Positions 17,506-27,662 of a stretch of DNA of 64,000 nt are shown here, in pieces. How positions within the stretch are numbered: position 1 is the first letter of the stretch; every line of letters begins with the position of its first letter. This DNA is from Acidimicrobiales bacterium (lineage in GTDB: Bacteria > Actinomycetota > Acidimicrobiia > Acidimicrobiales > Aldehydirespiratoraceae): the NCBI GenBank assembly GCA_963662455.3, contig OZ224042.1, positions 1,727,234 to 1,791,233 on the forward strand, given 5' to 3'. A program made the position numbers and the translations under genes. The notes below the pieces were generated by a model. The model made no database searches, was not told where the DNA came from, and saw nothing but the letters and a program-made list of their open reading frames with translations.

Positions 17506-19245
17506 ATGACCAGAATGCCGTTTGAGAAGTACCGTCCGTTCCCGACGGTTGAGCTTCTCGACCGCACCTGGCCGACTCGACGCATTGAGAAGGCCCCGGT
17601 GTGGTGCTCGGTCGACCTTCGTGACGGCAACCAGGCCCTCGTCGACCCCATGGACTCCAGCCGCAAGAGGCGGATGTGGGACCTGCTGGTACAGATGGGT
17701 TTCAAGGAGATCGAGGTCGGATTTCCGGCCGCCTCGCAGACCGACTTCGACTTCGTGCGTGAACTGATCGAAGGCGACGAGATCCCCGACGACGTCACCA
17801 TTCAGGTGTTGACCCAGGCCCGGGCCGACCTCATCAACCGCACATTCGAAGCGATCGAGGGTGCGCCGGCCGCGATCGTGCACCTCTACAACTCGACATC
17901 GACCACGCAGCGTCGTGTCGTGTTCGGAACCGACCGCTCGGGCATCATCGACATAGCCGTCAACGGCGCCGAAATCTGCCGACAGGGCCTTGAACGGTCG
18001 GGCAACCCCGAGTCGATCCGCTGGGAGTACAGCCCCGAGAGCTACACCGGCACCGAGCCGGACTTCGCCGTCGAGGTCTGCGAAGCGGTCATGGACGTCC
18101 TCAAACCGACCGAGGAGAACCCGCTGATCCTGAACCTCCCCGCGACCGTGGAGATGTCGACACCGAACCTCTACGCCGACATGATCGAGCAGTTCGACCG
18201 CATGATCCGAGACCGGTCCACAGTGCTGCTGTCACTGCATCCGCACAACGACCGGGGCACAGCCGTGGCCGCCGCGGAGATGGGCCTCATGGCCGGAGCC
18301 GACCGTATCGAGGGAACCCTGTTCGGCAACGGCGAACGGACCGGCAACGTCGACCTGATCACGATCGCCCTGAACCTGTTCACCCAGGGCGTCGACCCGA
18401 CGCTCGACATGAGCGACATCGACGAGATGCGCAGGGTGTACGAGTTCTCGAACCGGATGACCATCGATTCACGCCACCCGTACGTCGGCGACCTCGTCTA
18501 CACCGCCTTCTCGGGCAGTCACCAGGACGCCATCAAGAAAGGCATGGCAGACATCTACGACGTACGCCCCGGCGAGGAACTGAGGGGCGACTACGACACC
18601 TGGGACGTCCCCTACCTGCCGATCGACCCCCGCCACCTCGGCCGCTCCTACGAAGCCGTCATTAGAGTCAACAGCCAGTCCGGCAAAGCCGGAGCCGCCT
18701 ACGTGCTGTTGCACGAGTACGGGCTCGACCTGCCCCGGGACCTGCAGATCGATTTTTCGAACACCATCCAGCAGGTCACTGAAGACACCGGCACGGAGAT
18801 CACCTCCTATGAGATCCACCGCCGATTCATGTCCGACTACGTGGAACCCACCAGCCCCCGGGTCGAGATCATCGGTCACCGCGCCACCAGCGACACCATC
18901 GACAGTGGACTCACGACCCTGGAAGCGAAACTCATCGTTGACGGCACCGAGCGCATGGTCTCAGGAGAGGGAAACGGCCCGATCGACGCTTTCGTGAACG
19001 CTCTCAGTTCCGTCGGCCTGTTCAAAGGCAAGATCGCGGACTACACCGAGCACACACTCGGCCTCGGGTCCGACGCCACCGCGGCGGCCTACGTGGCAAT
19101 CGATACCGGCGCCAGGAACCTGGTGTGGGGTGTGGGGCTGCACGAGTCGATCGTCAGCGCCTCGCTGCGAGCCATCGTCTCCGCTGTCAACAGCAGTTTC
19201 AGGGAATACCCGAACCGGACTCACCATGTCGGCCGGCATGCTTGA
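17506..19245 (+). CDS. leuA: 2-isopropylmalate synthase (long actinobacterial type)
   Basis: KYRPF...WCSVDLRDGNQALVDPM...HPHNDRGTAVA...GNGERTGN. ATG at 17506 has GGAG 6 nt upstream. Alternative upstream starts at 17470 and 17494. Confidence 0.95.
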   Translation: MTRMPFEKYRPFPTVELLDRTWPTRRIEKAPVWCSVDLRDGNQALVDPMDSSRKRRMWDLLVQMGFKEIEVGFPAASQTDFDFVRELIEGDEIPDDVTIQVLTQARADLINRTFEAIEGAPAAIVHLYNSTSTTQRRVVFGTDRSGIIDIAVNGAEICRQGLERSGNPESIRWEYSPESYTGTEPDFAVEVCEAVMDVLKPTEENPLILNLPATVEMSTPNLYADMIEQFDRMIRDRSTVLLSLHPHNDRGTAVAAAEMGLMAGADRIEGTLFGNGERTGNVDLITIALNLFTQGVDPTLDMSDIDEMRRVYEFSNRMTIDSRHPYVGDLVYTAFSGSHQDAIKKGMADIYDVRPGEELRGDYDTWDVPYLPIDPRHLGRSYEAVIRVNSQSGKAGAAYVLLHEYGLDLPRDLQIDFSNTIQQVTEDTGTEITSYEIHRRFMSDYVEPTSPRVEIIGHRATSDTIDSGLTTLEAKLIVDGTERMVSGEGNGPIDAFVNALSSVGLFKGKIADYTEHTLGLGSDATAAAYVAIDTGARNLVWGVGLHESIVSASLRAIVSAVNSSFREYPNRTHHVGRHA

Positions 19246-20115
19246 GTGATGGAGCAACTCCTCTGGCACCACGACCCGCCAAGACTACTCCGCTCACCTG
19301 TCCTGGTCGCCGCTTGGGACGGCTGGTTTGATGTGGGTGGTGCCGCAACCGGTGCCGTGGAGGCGATGCGAGGCACTGATTCCATCCATCTCGGGAGCAT
19401 CGACGCTGACGAGTTCTTCGACTTCAACGAACACCGGCCCAACTTGCGAATCGGTCCGGACGGCCGACGAATCGTTGAGTGGCCTTCAAACGACGTGCAC
19501 TGTTCAACGCTCGACGACCGGGACAGGGACTTAGTGCTTATTGCCGGAGTCGAGCCCCATCTGCGTTGGCGAACTTTCGTCGACGCTGTCATCGAAATAA
19601 TCGAACGGCTCGACGTGAAGCTTGTGGTCACGCTCGGAGCCATGATCGCGGAAGTTCCCCACACTCGCCCGCCGACGATCACCGGCTCGACCACCGACAT
19701 CGAACTCGGCGAGCTGCTGCGCCTGGATCAACCTTCGTATCAGGGTCCGACTGGGATTGTGGGAGCCCTCCACCAACGCCTCGATGCGGCGGACGTACGC
19801 GCGGTGTCGCTGCGAGCGAGCGTTCCCCACTACGTGTCGGGCGCTCCCAACCCCAAAGCGTCTCGTGCCTTGCTCGAACGTTTCGAGCGGGTGACCGGCT
19901 TGCCGACACATTGGGCGAAGTTCGACCAAGAAACCTTCGATTGGGAGTCGCGGGTCGACGAAGCGATGCAAGGAAACGACGAGATCGTGCAGTACGTCCG
20001 CGCTCTCGAGCAGCGTTACGACGACCAGGCAGAGTCGAGCCTCCCGACTTCTGAGGACCTCGCAGCCGAGTTTGAGCGCATTCTTCGGCGACACGACAAC
20101 GAATCACCAAGCTGA
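19246..20115 (+). CDS. PAC2 (proteasome assembly chaperone 2-like) family protein
   Basis: [22 protein letters not shown] and overall length are typical of actinobacterial PAC2-family proteins. Confidence 0.7.
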   Translation: MMEQLLWHHDPPRLLRSPVLVAAWDGWFDVGGAATGAVEAMRGTDSIHLGSIDADEFFDFNEHRPNLRIGPDGRRIVEWPSNDVHCSTLDDRDRDLVLIAGVEPHLRWRTFVDAVIEIIERLDVKLVVTLGAMIAEVPHTRPPTITGSTTDIELGELLRLDQPSYQGPTGIVGALHQRLDAADVRAVSLRASVPHYVSGAPNPKASRALLERFERVTGLPTHWAKFDQETFDWESRVDEAMQGNDEIVQYVRALEQRYDDQAESSLPTSEDLAAEFERILRRHDNESPS

Positions 20116-20239
20116 ACCACACGAACCGAGATGTCGCATCACCGGTGCCCTGACTGAATCAAATACCCGAACTAGTTGGACAACTGCACACAAACGCGGC
20201 AGTATTCCGGTTTCAACGGTCCACTTTCAGGGGAAGCGC

Positions 20240-20716
20240 ATGAAGTCAATTACCTTGGCCGTCAACGGCACCGAACGAAACCTCGAAGTGGAGCCGCGCA
20301 CCTTGCTGGTGCATGCGCTACGCGACGAGTTGCGGCTGACTGGAACCAACATCGGATGCGACTCAAGCAGTTGTGGCGCCTGCACCGTGCTGCTCGACGG
20401 TCGGTCGGTCAAGTCCTGCACGATGTTTGCAGTGCAAGCCGACGGGGCCGACATCACCACCATCGAGGGCGTCGCAGACGCCGACGGCACGATGAATCCG
20501 ATGCAGCAGGCGTTCCATGAACACCACGCTCTGCAATGCGGTTACTGCACACCCGGAATGGTGATGGCGGCGATTTCTTTGGTCGACGAGTACCCCGACC
20601 TTGACGAAGGGGGCGTGCGCCACGGGCTTGAGGGGAACCTGTGCCGCTGCACCGGCTACCAGAACATTGTGAACGCTGTGCTCGCTGTGGCCGGCGCGGG
20701 TTCCAAAGAGGAGTGA
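20240..20716 (+). CDS. (2Fe-2S)-binding small subunit of a molybdenum hydroxylase (CoxS-like)
   Basis: [11 protein letters not shown] and CGYCTPG...CRCTGY cluster motifs. ATG at 20240. Confidence 0.9.
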   Translation: MKSITLAVNGTERNLEVEPRTLLVHALRDELRLTGTNIGCDSSSCGACTVLLDGRSVKSCTMFAVQADGADITTIEGVADADGTMNPMQQAFHEHHALQCGYCTPGMVMAAISLVDEYPDLDEGGVRHGLEGNLCRCTGYQNIVNAVLAVAGAGSKEE

Positions 20717-20719
20717 ATC

Positions 20720-23104
20720 ATGACCATGACCGATGATCATGCGACCCACATGGGAAACCCGCGGCTGCGACGTGAAGACCCGGCTCTGCTAACCGGCGAA
20801 GCACGATTCATAGACGACATGAGCTTCCATGGCGAGGTTTGGGTCGGGATTGTGCGCTCCAGCGAAGCTCACGCCAGGATTCTCGGCGTCGACGGCAGTG
20901 CAGCGCTCGGGATCGAGGGTGTGGCCGAAGTGCTTTCGGGTGCTGATCTCGCGCCGTTGTGGGGTGATGGTGCATTGCCGTGTGCTTGGCCCGTCACCGA
21001 CGACATGCGCAACCCCACTCACCTGCCGGTTGCCACCAGCGTCGCTAAGTATGTGGGCGACGCGGTGGCTGTGGTGCTCGCTGACTCGCGTTACGCTGCC
21101 GCCGACGGTGCGGCTGCTGTACTGGTCGACTATGACCCGTTGCCCGCGGTTGTCGACATCGAAGCTGCGGTCGCGGCCGATGCCCCGCTGGTGCATGAAG
21201 ATCTTGGCACCAATGAGAGTTACACTTGGCCGTTGATACCCGACGCCGACGCCGTGAACGAGGCTTTCGCCAACGCTGTCCACGTGGTGAGCGAACGTTA
21301 TGTTCAACAACGGTTGATACCAGCGCCGATGGAACCTCGCGGAGTGATTGCTGCGCCAGGAGTGGCCAACGGCGAACTCACCCTGTACTCAGCCACGCAG
21401 ATCCCGCACATTCTCAAAGTGATGACTGCGTTGACTCTAGGCATCCCCGAGCACAAGGTTCGAGTCGTCGCTCCCTGGGTCGGTGGCGGGTTCGGTTGCA
21501 AGCTCAACGTCTATGCCGAAGAGATTCTGTGCTGCGCGTTGGCGATGGACAGAGGCGTGCCAATGCGTTGGACCGAAAGCCGCAGCGAAGCCGCAACCGC
21601 CACGATTCAGGGCCGCGGCCAAGTACAGCACATTGAACTCGCCGCCGATGCCAACGGCAAGGTGCAGGCGGTGCGGGTCAAGCTGTTGGCCGACATGGGC
21701 GCATATCTGCAGTTGGTGACGCCCGGTGTGCCGCTGCTGGGCGGGTTCTTGTATCACGGCTGTTACGACATCGCCCACTATTCGTTCGAATGCACTTCGG
21801 TGTTCACCAACAAGACGCCTACTGATGCCTACCGAGGAGCTGGACGCCCCGAAGCCACTTACGCGATTGAACGGGCTATGGATTCTTTGGCGGTTGCCGT
21901 GGGCGTTGCCCCCGAGGAGATCCGGTCCCGCAACTTCATCGGAGCCGATGCTTTCCCGTACGAGTCCTGCGCCGGGCTCACCTTCGACAGCGGCGACTAC
22001 CAGGCGGTGCTCGACAAAGCTGTGGAGATGGCAGGTCTCGAGGGCGTGCGTGCAGATCAAGCACTTCGACGAGCGGAGGGCTCCAACCGTCAGATCGGCG
22101 TCGGGTTCTCAAGTTACGTGGAGATGTGCGGTCTCGCTCCGAGCCGAGTGCTGGCGTCGCTCAACTACGGTGCGGGCGGGTGGGAGGCAGCGACCGTGAG
22201 AGTGTTGCCGACCGCCAAAGTACAGGTGATCACCGGTTCGACGCCTCATGGTCAAGGCCATGAGACGTCCTGGTCGATGATCGTCGCCGACAAGCTCGGC
22301 ATCGACCCCGACGACGTCGACGTGCTGCACTCCGACACCGCGATCAGCCCCACCGGTCTCGACACCTACGGCTCCCGGTCACTCTCGGTCGGCGGAACCG
22401 CGGTGTTCATGGCGACCGACAAGGTGCTCGACAAGGCCCGGCTGATAGCCGCTCACCAGCTCGAAGCCAACGAGGACGACCTCGAGTATGTCGACGGGGC
22501 GTTCCAGGTCAAGGGCACACCGACCGCAGCGGTTCCCTTCGCAGCGATCGCCTTCGCGGCCTTCACCGCCCACGACCTGCCCGACGGCATGGAACCCAAC
22601 CTTGAAGCTCACGCCACCTATGACCCGCCGAATTTCACGTTCCCCAACGGAACCCACATCGCTGTGGTGGAGGTCGACACCGAGACCGGCGACGTCGACA
22701 TTGTCGACTATGTAGCTGTTGATGACTGCGGCAACCAGGTCAACCCGATGATCGTCGAGGGGCAAGTACACGGAGGCGTACTGCAAGGTGCTGCCCAGGC
22801 ACTGTATGAAGACGCTGTTTACACCGAAGACGGCCAGATCGTTACCGTCAACCTGGGCGACTATCTGGTGCCGTCAGCTGTTGAAGCGCCTGTTTATCGG
22901 CTGGCCAGCCATGTGACGCCGAGCCCTACCAACCCGATGGGGGTCAAGGGCATCGGCGAAGCGGGCACGATCGCCGCCACACCAGCGGTGATCAACGCCG
23001 TGGTCGACGCTCTGCGACCGATGGGCGTCACCGATATGGCGATGCCCGCTTCACCCCAAACTGTTTGGAGAACTATTGACGAGGCCCAAGGAGGTGCGTC
23101 GTGA
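20720..23104 (+). CDS. Molybdopterin-binding large subunit, xanthine dehydrogenase/CoxL family, form-II-type motif
   Basis: 794 aa. AYRGAGR at 21827-21847 rather than the AYxCSFR motif of genuine CO dehydrogenases. Confidence 0.9.
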   Translation: MTMTDDHATHMGNPRLRREDPALLTGEARFIDDMSFHGEVWVGIVRSSEAHARILGVDGSAALGIEGVAEVLSGADLAPLWGDGALPCAWPVTDDMRNPTHLPVATSVAKYVGDAVAVVLADSRYAAADGAAAVLVDYDPLPAVVDIEAAVAADAPLVHEDLGTNESYTWPLIPDADAVNEAFANAVHVVSERYVQQRLIPAPMEPRGVIAAPGVANGELTLYSATQIPHILKVMTALTLGIPEHKVRVVAPWVGGGFGCKLNVYAEEILCCALAMDRGVPMRWTESRSEAATATIQGRGQVQHIELAADANGKVQAVRVKLLADMGAYLQLVTPGVPLLGGFLYHGCYDIAHYSFECTSVFTNKTPTDAYRGAGRPEATYAIERAMDSLAVAVGVAPEEIRSRNFIGADAFPYESCAGLTFDSGDYQAVLDKAVEMAGLEGVRADQALRRAEGSNRQIGVGFSSYVEMCGLAPSRVLASLNYGAGGWEAATVRVLPTAKVQVITGSTPHGQGHETSWSMIVADKLGIDPDDVDVLHSDTAISPTGLDTYGSRSLSVGGTAVFMATDKVLDKARLIAAHQLEANEDDLEYVDGAFQVKGTPTAAVPFAAIAFAAFTAHDLPDGMEPNLEAHATYDPPNFTFPNGTHIAVVEVDTETGDVDIVDYVAVDDCGNQVNPMIVEGQVHGGVLQGAAQALYEDAVYTEDGQIVTVNLGDYLVPSAVEAPVYRLASHVTPSPTNPMGVKGIGEAGTIAATPAVINAVVDALRPMGVTDMAMPASPQTVWRTIDEAQGGAS

Positions 23105-23919
23105 TTCCCGCAAGTTTCGACTATGAGGTGGCCGAATCGGCCGAACACGCTGTTTCGCTGCTCACCGAGCACGGCGACGAAGCCAAGCTCCTGGCCGGTG
23201 GACACAGCCTCATCCCGATGATGCGCTTCCGTCTTGCCACACCGACGGTGCTTGTTGATGTGGGGCGACTGGACGATCTGCGTTACATCAACTCCGACAA
23301 CGGAACCATCTCGATCGGTGCGCTGACCCGCCACAGCGAACTCGAGCATTCGGCTTTGCTGGCGGAGTCGTGTCCATTGCTGGCGTCGGTGGCGGCTCTT
23401 GTCGGTGACCCGTCGGTGCGTCATCGCGGCACCTTGGGCGGGACTTTGGCCCACTCTGATCCGGCTTCTGATCTGCCTGCCGCGGTGCTGGCGTTAGGAG
23501 GAGTGATAGTGGCTCGCGGTCCCGGTGGTGATCGTGAGATCGCCGCCACTGACTTCTTCGCCGGTTATTTCGAGTCGGCGCTCGCCGATGACGAGATGAT
23601 CGTCGAGGTGAGAGTCGCGGCAAGCCCCGGCGGTTGGAACTATCAGAAGTTCAACCGTCGAGCGCAGGACTGGGCGATCGTGGGCGTAGCGGTGGCCGAG
23701 GAGGGCGCCGGGGTGAGCCTGGTCAACATGGGTTCGACCCCGGTGCGCGCATCAGCAGTCGAAGCCGCGGTCGCAGCAGGCGCCTCAGCCGCCGATGCCG
23801 CAGCGGTGGCAGCCGACGGACTGCAACCACCGTCCGATCTCAACGCCGATGCAGACTATCGCCGACATCTGGCGCGGGTCTTCACACAACGAGCCCTCAA
23901 CGCAGCAGGCGTCGCCTAG
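23101..23919 (+). CDS. FAD-binding medium subunit (CoxM-like)
   Basis: 272 aa. KLLAGGHSLIPMMRFR and GTLGG motifs. 4-nt overlap with the large-subunit gene. Confidence 0.85.
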   Translation: MIPASFDYEVAESAEHAVSLLTEHGDEAKLLAGGHSLIPMMRFRLATPTVLVDVGRLDDLRYINSDNGTISIGALTRHSELEHSALLAESCPLLASVAALVGDPSVRHRGTLGGTLAHSDPASDLPAAVLALGGVIVARGPGGDREIAATDFFAGYFESALADDEMIVEVRVAASPGGWNYQKFNRRAQDWAIVGVAVAEEGAGVSLVNMGSTPVRASAVEAAVAAGASAADAAAVAADGLQPPSDLNADADYRRHLARVFTQRALNAAGVA

Positions 23920-23963
23920 CTTCAGCGTCTCTGCCTCTGTGCCGCTCAGGTTCAGCCGTTTTG

Positions 23964-24103
23964 GAGGCCGAGCGGGTTGATCCCGCACACGGTCTCGTGA
24001 CTGAACGGGGCCGCGGCCCGAGCAGCCCGTGATCGCAGCGAGCAAAAGCGGGAGTGACTCGCTTCGACGCGACGTGCTTGCCACCTGTTCACGCCCGTTC
24101 TTG
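23964..24103. repeat. Intergenic repeat family, copy A
   Basis: GAGGCCGAGCGGgTTGAtCCCGCACACGGTC...GGCCGCGGCCCGAGC...AGCGGGAG is shared with copies at 34149-34378 and 57250-57380. Lies directly after the coxM-like stop. Confidence 0.6.
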
Positions 24104-24138
24104 GCCAAGCGGCGAGCGGCGATCTACGCTGACGTTCC

Positions 24139-24585
24139 ATGACAGAGGCATTCCATCTGGGCGAAGAGGAGATCCCCTGGATCAACACCGGCACAGGCGT
24201 TGAACTCAAACTCGTGCAGGCCGATATCGAGGCAGGTCTCTGGATCGTGCGCAACCGTTTCGTGCCCGGGGTGGTCGTCCAGAAGCACAGACACACCGGT
24301 CAGGTGTACGGCTACACGTTGACCGGCGCCTGGAAGTACGCCGAATACGACTACACCAACCGTGCCGGTTCGTTCCTGTATGAGCCCGCCGGGTCTGAGC
24401 ACACACTCACAGTGCTCGACGACAACTCCGAACCGACCGACGTGTGGTTCCAGATCTACGGCTCCAACCTCAACCTCGACGCCGACGGCAACGTCGAGTC
24501 GATCACCGACGCCGAGGGCATCTATGCCGCATACATGACCATGTGCGAAGCCCAGGGCCTGCACCGACCCAACGTGCTCACATGA
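24139..24585 (+). CDS. Cupin-fold protein (2,4'-dihydroxyacetophenone dioxygenase-like)
   Basis: 148 aa. HRHTGQVYGYTLTGAW...YEPAGSEHTL is a cupin metal-site pattern. Confidence 0.6.
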   Translation: MTEAFHLGEEEIPWINTGTGVELKLVQADIEAGLWIVRNRFVPGVVVQKHRHTGQVYGYTLTGAWKYAEYDYTNRAGSFLYEPAGSEHTLTVLDDNSEPTDVWFQIYGSNLNLDADGNVESITDAEGIYAAYMTMCEAQGLHRPNVLT

Positions 24586-24621
24586 GTCTGAGCCCCACCT
24601 CCGCCCTCATAGGATTGACCA

Positions 24622-25140
24622 ATGGCACGAATTGATGTTGTAGACGGCGAAGGGCTCGAGCGGGAACGGTTGCTGATGATGCAGCCCGACGTGGCCAAAG
24701 GCATGTGGGTGTTCGCCAACGCGGTGTATGAGAAGACCTCGCTGCCCGCTCGGCTGCGCGAGATCGCCCGACTCCGTGTCGCGGTCGCCAACGGCTGTGG
24801 AGTGTGCCTCAACACCCGCTCGCCGAGAGCCGCCGAGCAGGGCCTCGACGAGGACGCTGTGCAGGAGGTGATGTCGTGCTCCATCGGCACGCCGCCGGCA
24901 ATCGAGGGGTTGACCGAGCGTGAACGGCTCGCCGGTGAGTTCGCGGACCGGTTCGCCAGAGACCACCACTCGATCGACGACGAGTTCATGGCCGAGGTCC
25001 GCAAGCACTTCTCAGACGTGGAAGTCATCGAGTTGACCGCCCTGTGCGCCATGACAGTCGGCAACGGACGGTTCTTGGCGGTGCTCGACATCGCCGTGGA
25101 CGACGACGGTTTCTATCTGCTGCCCGAGGGCGCCGGCTGA
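24622..25140 (+). CDS. Carboxymuconolactone decarboxylase/AhpD-like family protein
   Basis: REIARLRVAVANGCGVCLNTR contains the CxxC of AhpD-like CMD proteins. Confidence 0.7.
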   Translation: MARIDVVDGEGLERERLLMMQPDVAKGMWVFANAVYEKTSLPARLREIARLRVAVANGCGVCLNTRSPRAAEQGLDEDAVQEVMSCSIGTPPAIEGLTERERLAGEFADRFARDHHSIDDEFMAEVRKHFSDVEVIELTALCAMTVGNGRFLAVLDIAVDDDGFYLLPEGAG

Positions 25141-25146
25141 ACCACC

Positions 25147-25971
25147 GTGCCAACCTTGATCGAATCCAGCGACGGCGTCCAGGTTGCGCTGCATGACCTC
25201 GGCGGCAACGGCAAACCGCTGCTGATGCTGCACGCCACCGGTTTCCACGGTCGCTGCTACCGCGCCGTCGCCGAACACCTCACAGACCACTTCCACGTCT
25301 GGGCTCCGGACCTGCGCGGCCACGGGGACTCGATCACGCCGGCCGACACAGACCTCGGTTGGGCTTCGATGGCAGACGATGTGCGGGCGGTCAGCGAACA
25401 CCTGGGAGTTGGTTCATGGGCGGTCGCCGGCCATTCAATGGGCGGTGCAGTGGCCGCCAAGACCGCCCTGCTGCATCCCGGCCTGGTCTCGGCGGCCTGG
25501 GTGTTCGAACCGGTGATCTTCCCGCCGGGCGCGGTGACCGCGGCTGACCGCGGCAACAGGCTCGCGGAGACTGCACGGCTTCGTCGACACGACTTCGATT
25601 CGTACGACCAGGCCGTCGAGCGCTACACGAAAGCCGCCCCGTTCGCGCTGGTCAGCCGCAGCGTCATCAGAGACTACGTGGTCGACGGCTTCTTCGAGAC
25701 CGACAGCGGTATAACCCTGAAGACCTCCGGGGAGACCGAGGCGCGCCTCTTCGAAGGGGTCGACCTTGATCTGTTCGAGCAACTCCGGTCTGTGGACGCC
25801 CCGTTCACGGTGGCCGTGTCCCGAGACGGTGGCCCCCCCTCGAGTGTCGCCGAGCAGATAACCGATCAGTTGCCCAACGCCCGCAGCGTTACTTGGCCCG
25901 ACAACACCCACTTCGGTCCCTTCGAGGACCCCCGGCGCGCCGCCATCGAAATCCTCGCCGCGGTGGCCTGA
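25147..25971 (+). CDS. Alpha/beta-fold hydrolase
   Basis: Nucleophile elbow GHSMGG and an N-terminal HATGFHG oxyanion region. Confidence 0.8.
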   Translation: MPTLIESSDGVQVALHDLGGNGKPLLMLHATGFHGRCYRAVAEHLTDHFHVWAPDLRGHGDSITPADTDLGWASMADDVRAVSEHLGVGSWAVAGHSMGGAVAAKTALLHPGLVSAAWVFEPVIFPPGAVTAADRGNRLAETARLRRHDFDSYDQAVERYTKAAPFALVSRSVIRDYVVDGFFETDSGITLKTSGETEARLFEGVDLDLFEQLRSVDAPFTVAVSRDGGPPSSVAEQITDQLPNARSVTWPDNTHFGPFEDPRRAAIEILAAVA

Positions 25972-26022
25972 ACTGCAAGACGTCCTCGGTGCGTCCTCGG
26001 TGCGTTCCGGCAGCACCGGCGT

Positions 26023-26195
26023 TCACATGGCGAAGGAGCCGTCGTCTCGGACTTTCCAGGCTGCCGCCGCGATCGTGCCGCCGTCGACAGGGATCGATGA
26101 TCCGGTGACGAAACTCGCCATATCGGAAGCCAGGAAGACGACCACCGCAGCATTCTCGTCGGTGGACCCCATACGGCGCAGCTGCGTCGGCTCCA
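26023..26195 (-). pseudogene. 3' fragment of SDR oxidoreductase gene (copy of 31734..31906)
   Basis: Near-identical nucleotide match to the 3' end of the intact SDR gene ([29 protein letters not shown]). No 5' part is present. Confidence 0.75.
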
Positions 26196-26226
26196 ACTAG
26201 ACCTCGGTCAGCAAACGGCACTCGCT

Positions 26227-26412
26227 GTGCGCATCAACCTGTTGGAGAGCCGCGGACCAGACCTCGGCAGGCCGGCAGTGGATCGCATCATCGGCTCACG
26301 CCACCACAACATGAAAGAACTCCGGGCCAGCGAGGGTGGAGCGTTGCGGGTGCTGTTCGCCTTCGATCCGCGGCGTCAGGCTATTCTGTTGCTCGCCATC
26401 TCCCAGGGCTGA
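26227..26412 (+). pseudogene. Truncated HigB/Gp49-like toxin remnant
   Basis: MKELRASEGGALRVLFAFDPRRQAILLL resembles the core of RelE/HigB-like (DUF891-type) toxins. The fragment is only 61 aa and has no antitoxin partner. Confidence 0.45.
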
Positions 26413-26419
26413 GATCCCG

Positions 26420-26884
26420 CTACTCCATACAGTGTTCGAGCAGCTCCGACAACTGTTCAAGCTGCGCGTCGTCCAGTGAGGCGAGGAATGACTCGTGGAC
26501 CCCGATCATCGCCTGGACCATCTCGTCGACAAGTTCCGTTCCTTGTGGCGTGAACTTGATCCGGTGTGAACGGCGGTCCCGGTCATGGGGGACCCGGACC
26601 AGGTGGCCCTCGTTGTGCAGACGGTCAACCCGGTTCGAGATCGTTCCCGGACTCGAACGTAGCGCTTCAGCGATCTCGGTGATCGAGGCGCCCCGCTCAC
26701 CGAACCGGCGGATCACCGCCAGCGTCCGAAAATCGTCACGGTTGGCGATGCCCTGAGCGGTGTAGGGGCGCAAGGCCCTCTGCTGGCGCGCCGCCAAGGC
26801 ATCGGACACGAACTCGAGTTGGACACCGACGCGAATTCGTACGCCGTCGATCTCGGCGCTCAGACTCTCCCATGTGTGGTGCAT
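26420..26884 (-). CDS. MarR-family transcriptional regulator
   Basis: Winged-HTH ITEIAEALRSSPGTISNRVDRLHNEGHLVRVPHDRDRRS. RBS GGGAGGGAGAGG. Paralog of 56404..56889. Confidence 0.85.
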   Translation of the reverse strand: MHHTWESLSAEIDGVRIRVGVQLEFVSDALAARQQRALRPYTAQGIANRDDFRTLAVIRRFGERGASITEIAEALRSSPGTISNRVDRLHNEGHLVRVPHDRDRRSHRIKFTPQGTELVDEMVQAMIGVHESFLASLDDAQLEQLSELLEHCME

Positions 26885-26911
26885 CTTCCTCTCCCTCCCG
26901 TTGGAGCTCAG

Positions 26912-26960
26912 GTCAAGAATACTGATTTGCTCTTGACAACCCTATCTTACATGGTACGTT
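26912..26960. promoter_or_regulatory. Inverted repeat GTCAAGA-N12-TCTTGAC overlapping a TTGACA-N16-TACGTT promoter for a leaderless lipoprotein mRNA
   Basis: Inverted repeat at 26912-26918 and 26931-26937. -35 at 26933-26938 and -10 at 26955-26960. The ATG at 26967 lies 7 nt after the -10. Confidence 0.4.
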
Positions 26961-26966
26961 ATTCGT

Positions 26967-27647
26967 ATGTACAACATTATTCAGACCTCAAGGCACTTTG
27001 CGGTGACACCCATCGTGCTCGCGCTCGTTGTCGCAGCCCTCCTCGTCGCCGGATGCGGTTCAGACGACGAAGCACTCTACGAAGAGACCTACGACTCGTA
27101 CTTCAGGTCCTTCTCGAGCGACTACGACCCAGCCGACTCACTCGCTGACCTGGCCGAACAGTCCGAAGTCGTGACGAAGGCCACTCTCATCGACGTCGAG
27201 GAGGGCCGCCTCTTCGCTGTAGCTGATCAGAAGCCCGAACTGGAACCGAACAAACCAGTACCTGCCGAATTCAGCGTACAAGTCAACATGGTGTTTGAGG
27301 CCGACGACGGGACCCGTTACTTCGTTCAGTTACCTAGGCCCAACGATTCATCAGTCGCCCAAATCCGTTCGGTGATGCCGATCGGTGCCACCAGCGTCAT
27401 CTATCTGCAGCCTAACAACGATCCCATCGTTGACGGGAAAGGCAGATGGTTCAATGTTCGTGAGGACGGCAACGAATGGTTCTTCACTACCCCGCAGGGT
27501 TGGATCCTCGACCATCCCGAACGCGGAATCGATTTCCCCCTAGAAGGAGCCCACCACATGTTCGCCGAGATGCCGGCACCGACCGACCCCCTTGACGACT
27601 GGCTCCCCGAACAGACGACCCAGCAAACCCAAGACCTCCTCGAATAA
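26967..27647 (+). CDS. Lipoprotein of unknown function
   Basis: Lipobox LLVAGC after a hydrophobic signal. Two degraded paralogs at 30238..30659 and 57029..57250. Confidence 0.7.
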   Translation: MYNIIQTSRHFAVTPIVLALVVAALLVAGCGSDDEALYEETYDSYFRSFSSDYDPADSLADLAEQSEVVTKATLIDVEEGRLFAVADQKPELEPNKPVPAEFSVQVNMVFEADDGTRYFVQLPRPNDSSVAQIRSVMPIGATSVIYLQPNNDPIVDGKGRWFNVREDGNEWFFTTPQGWILDHPERGIDFPLEGAHHMFAEMPAPTDPLDDWLPEQTTQQTQDLLE

Positions 27648-27662
27648 CCCTGGGTCGTCGAT

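Noticed and set aside
20720-23104. Calling the large subunit a genuine CO dehydrogenase (coxL)
   Set aside because: The active-site loop is AYRGAGR and the gene order is S-L-M. Both are form-II features, so only a generic molybdenum hydroxylase call is justified.
25435-26016. 193-aa minus-strand ORF and its twin at 27806..28222
   Set aside because: Their similarity simply reflects the duplicated hydrolase 3' segment read on the wrong strand.
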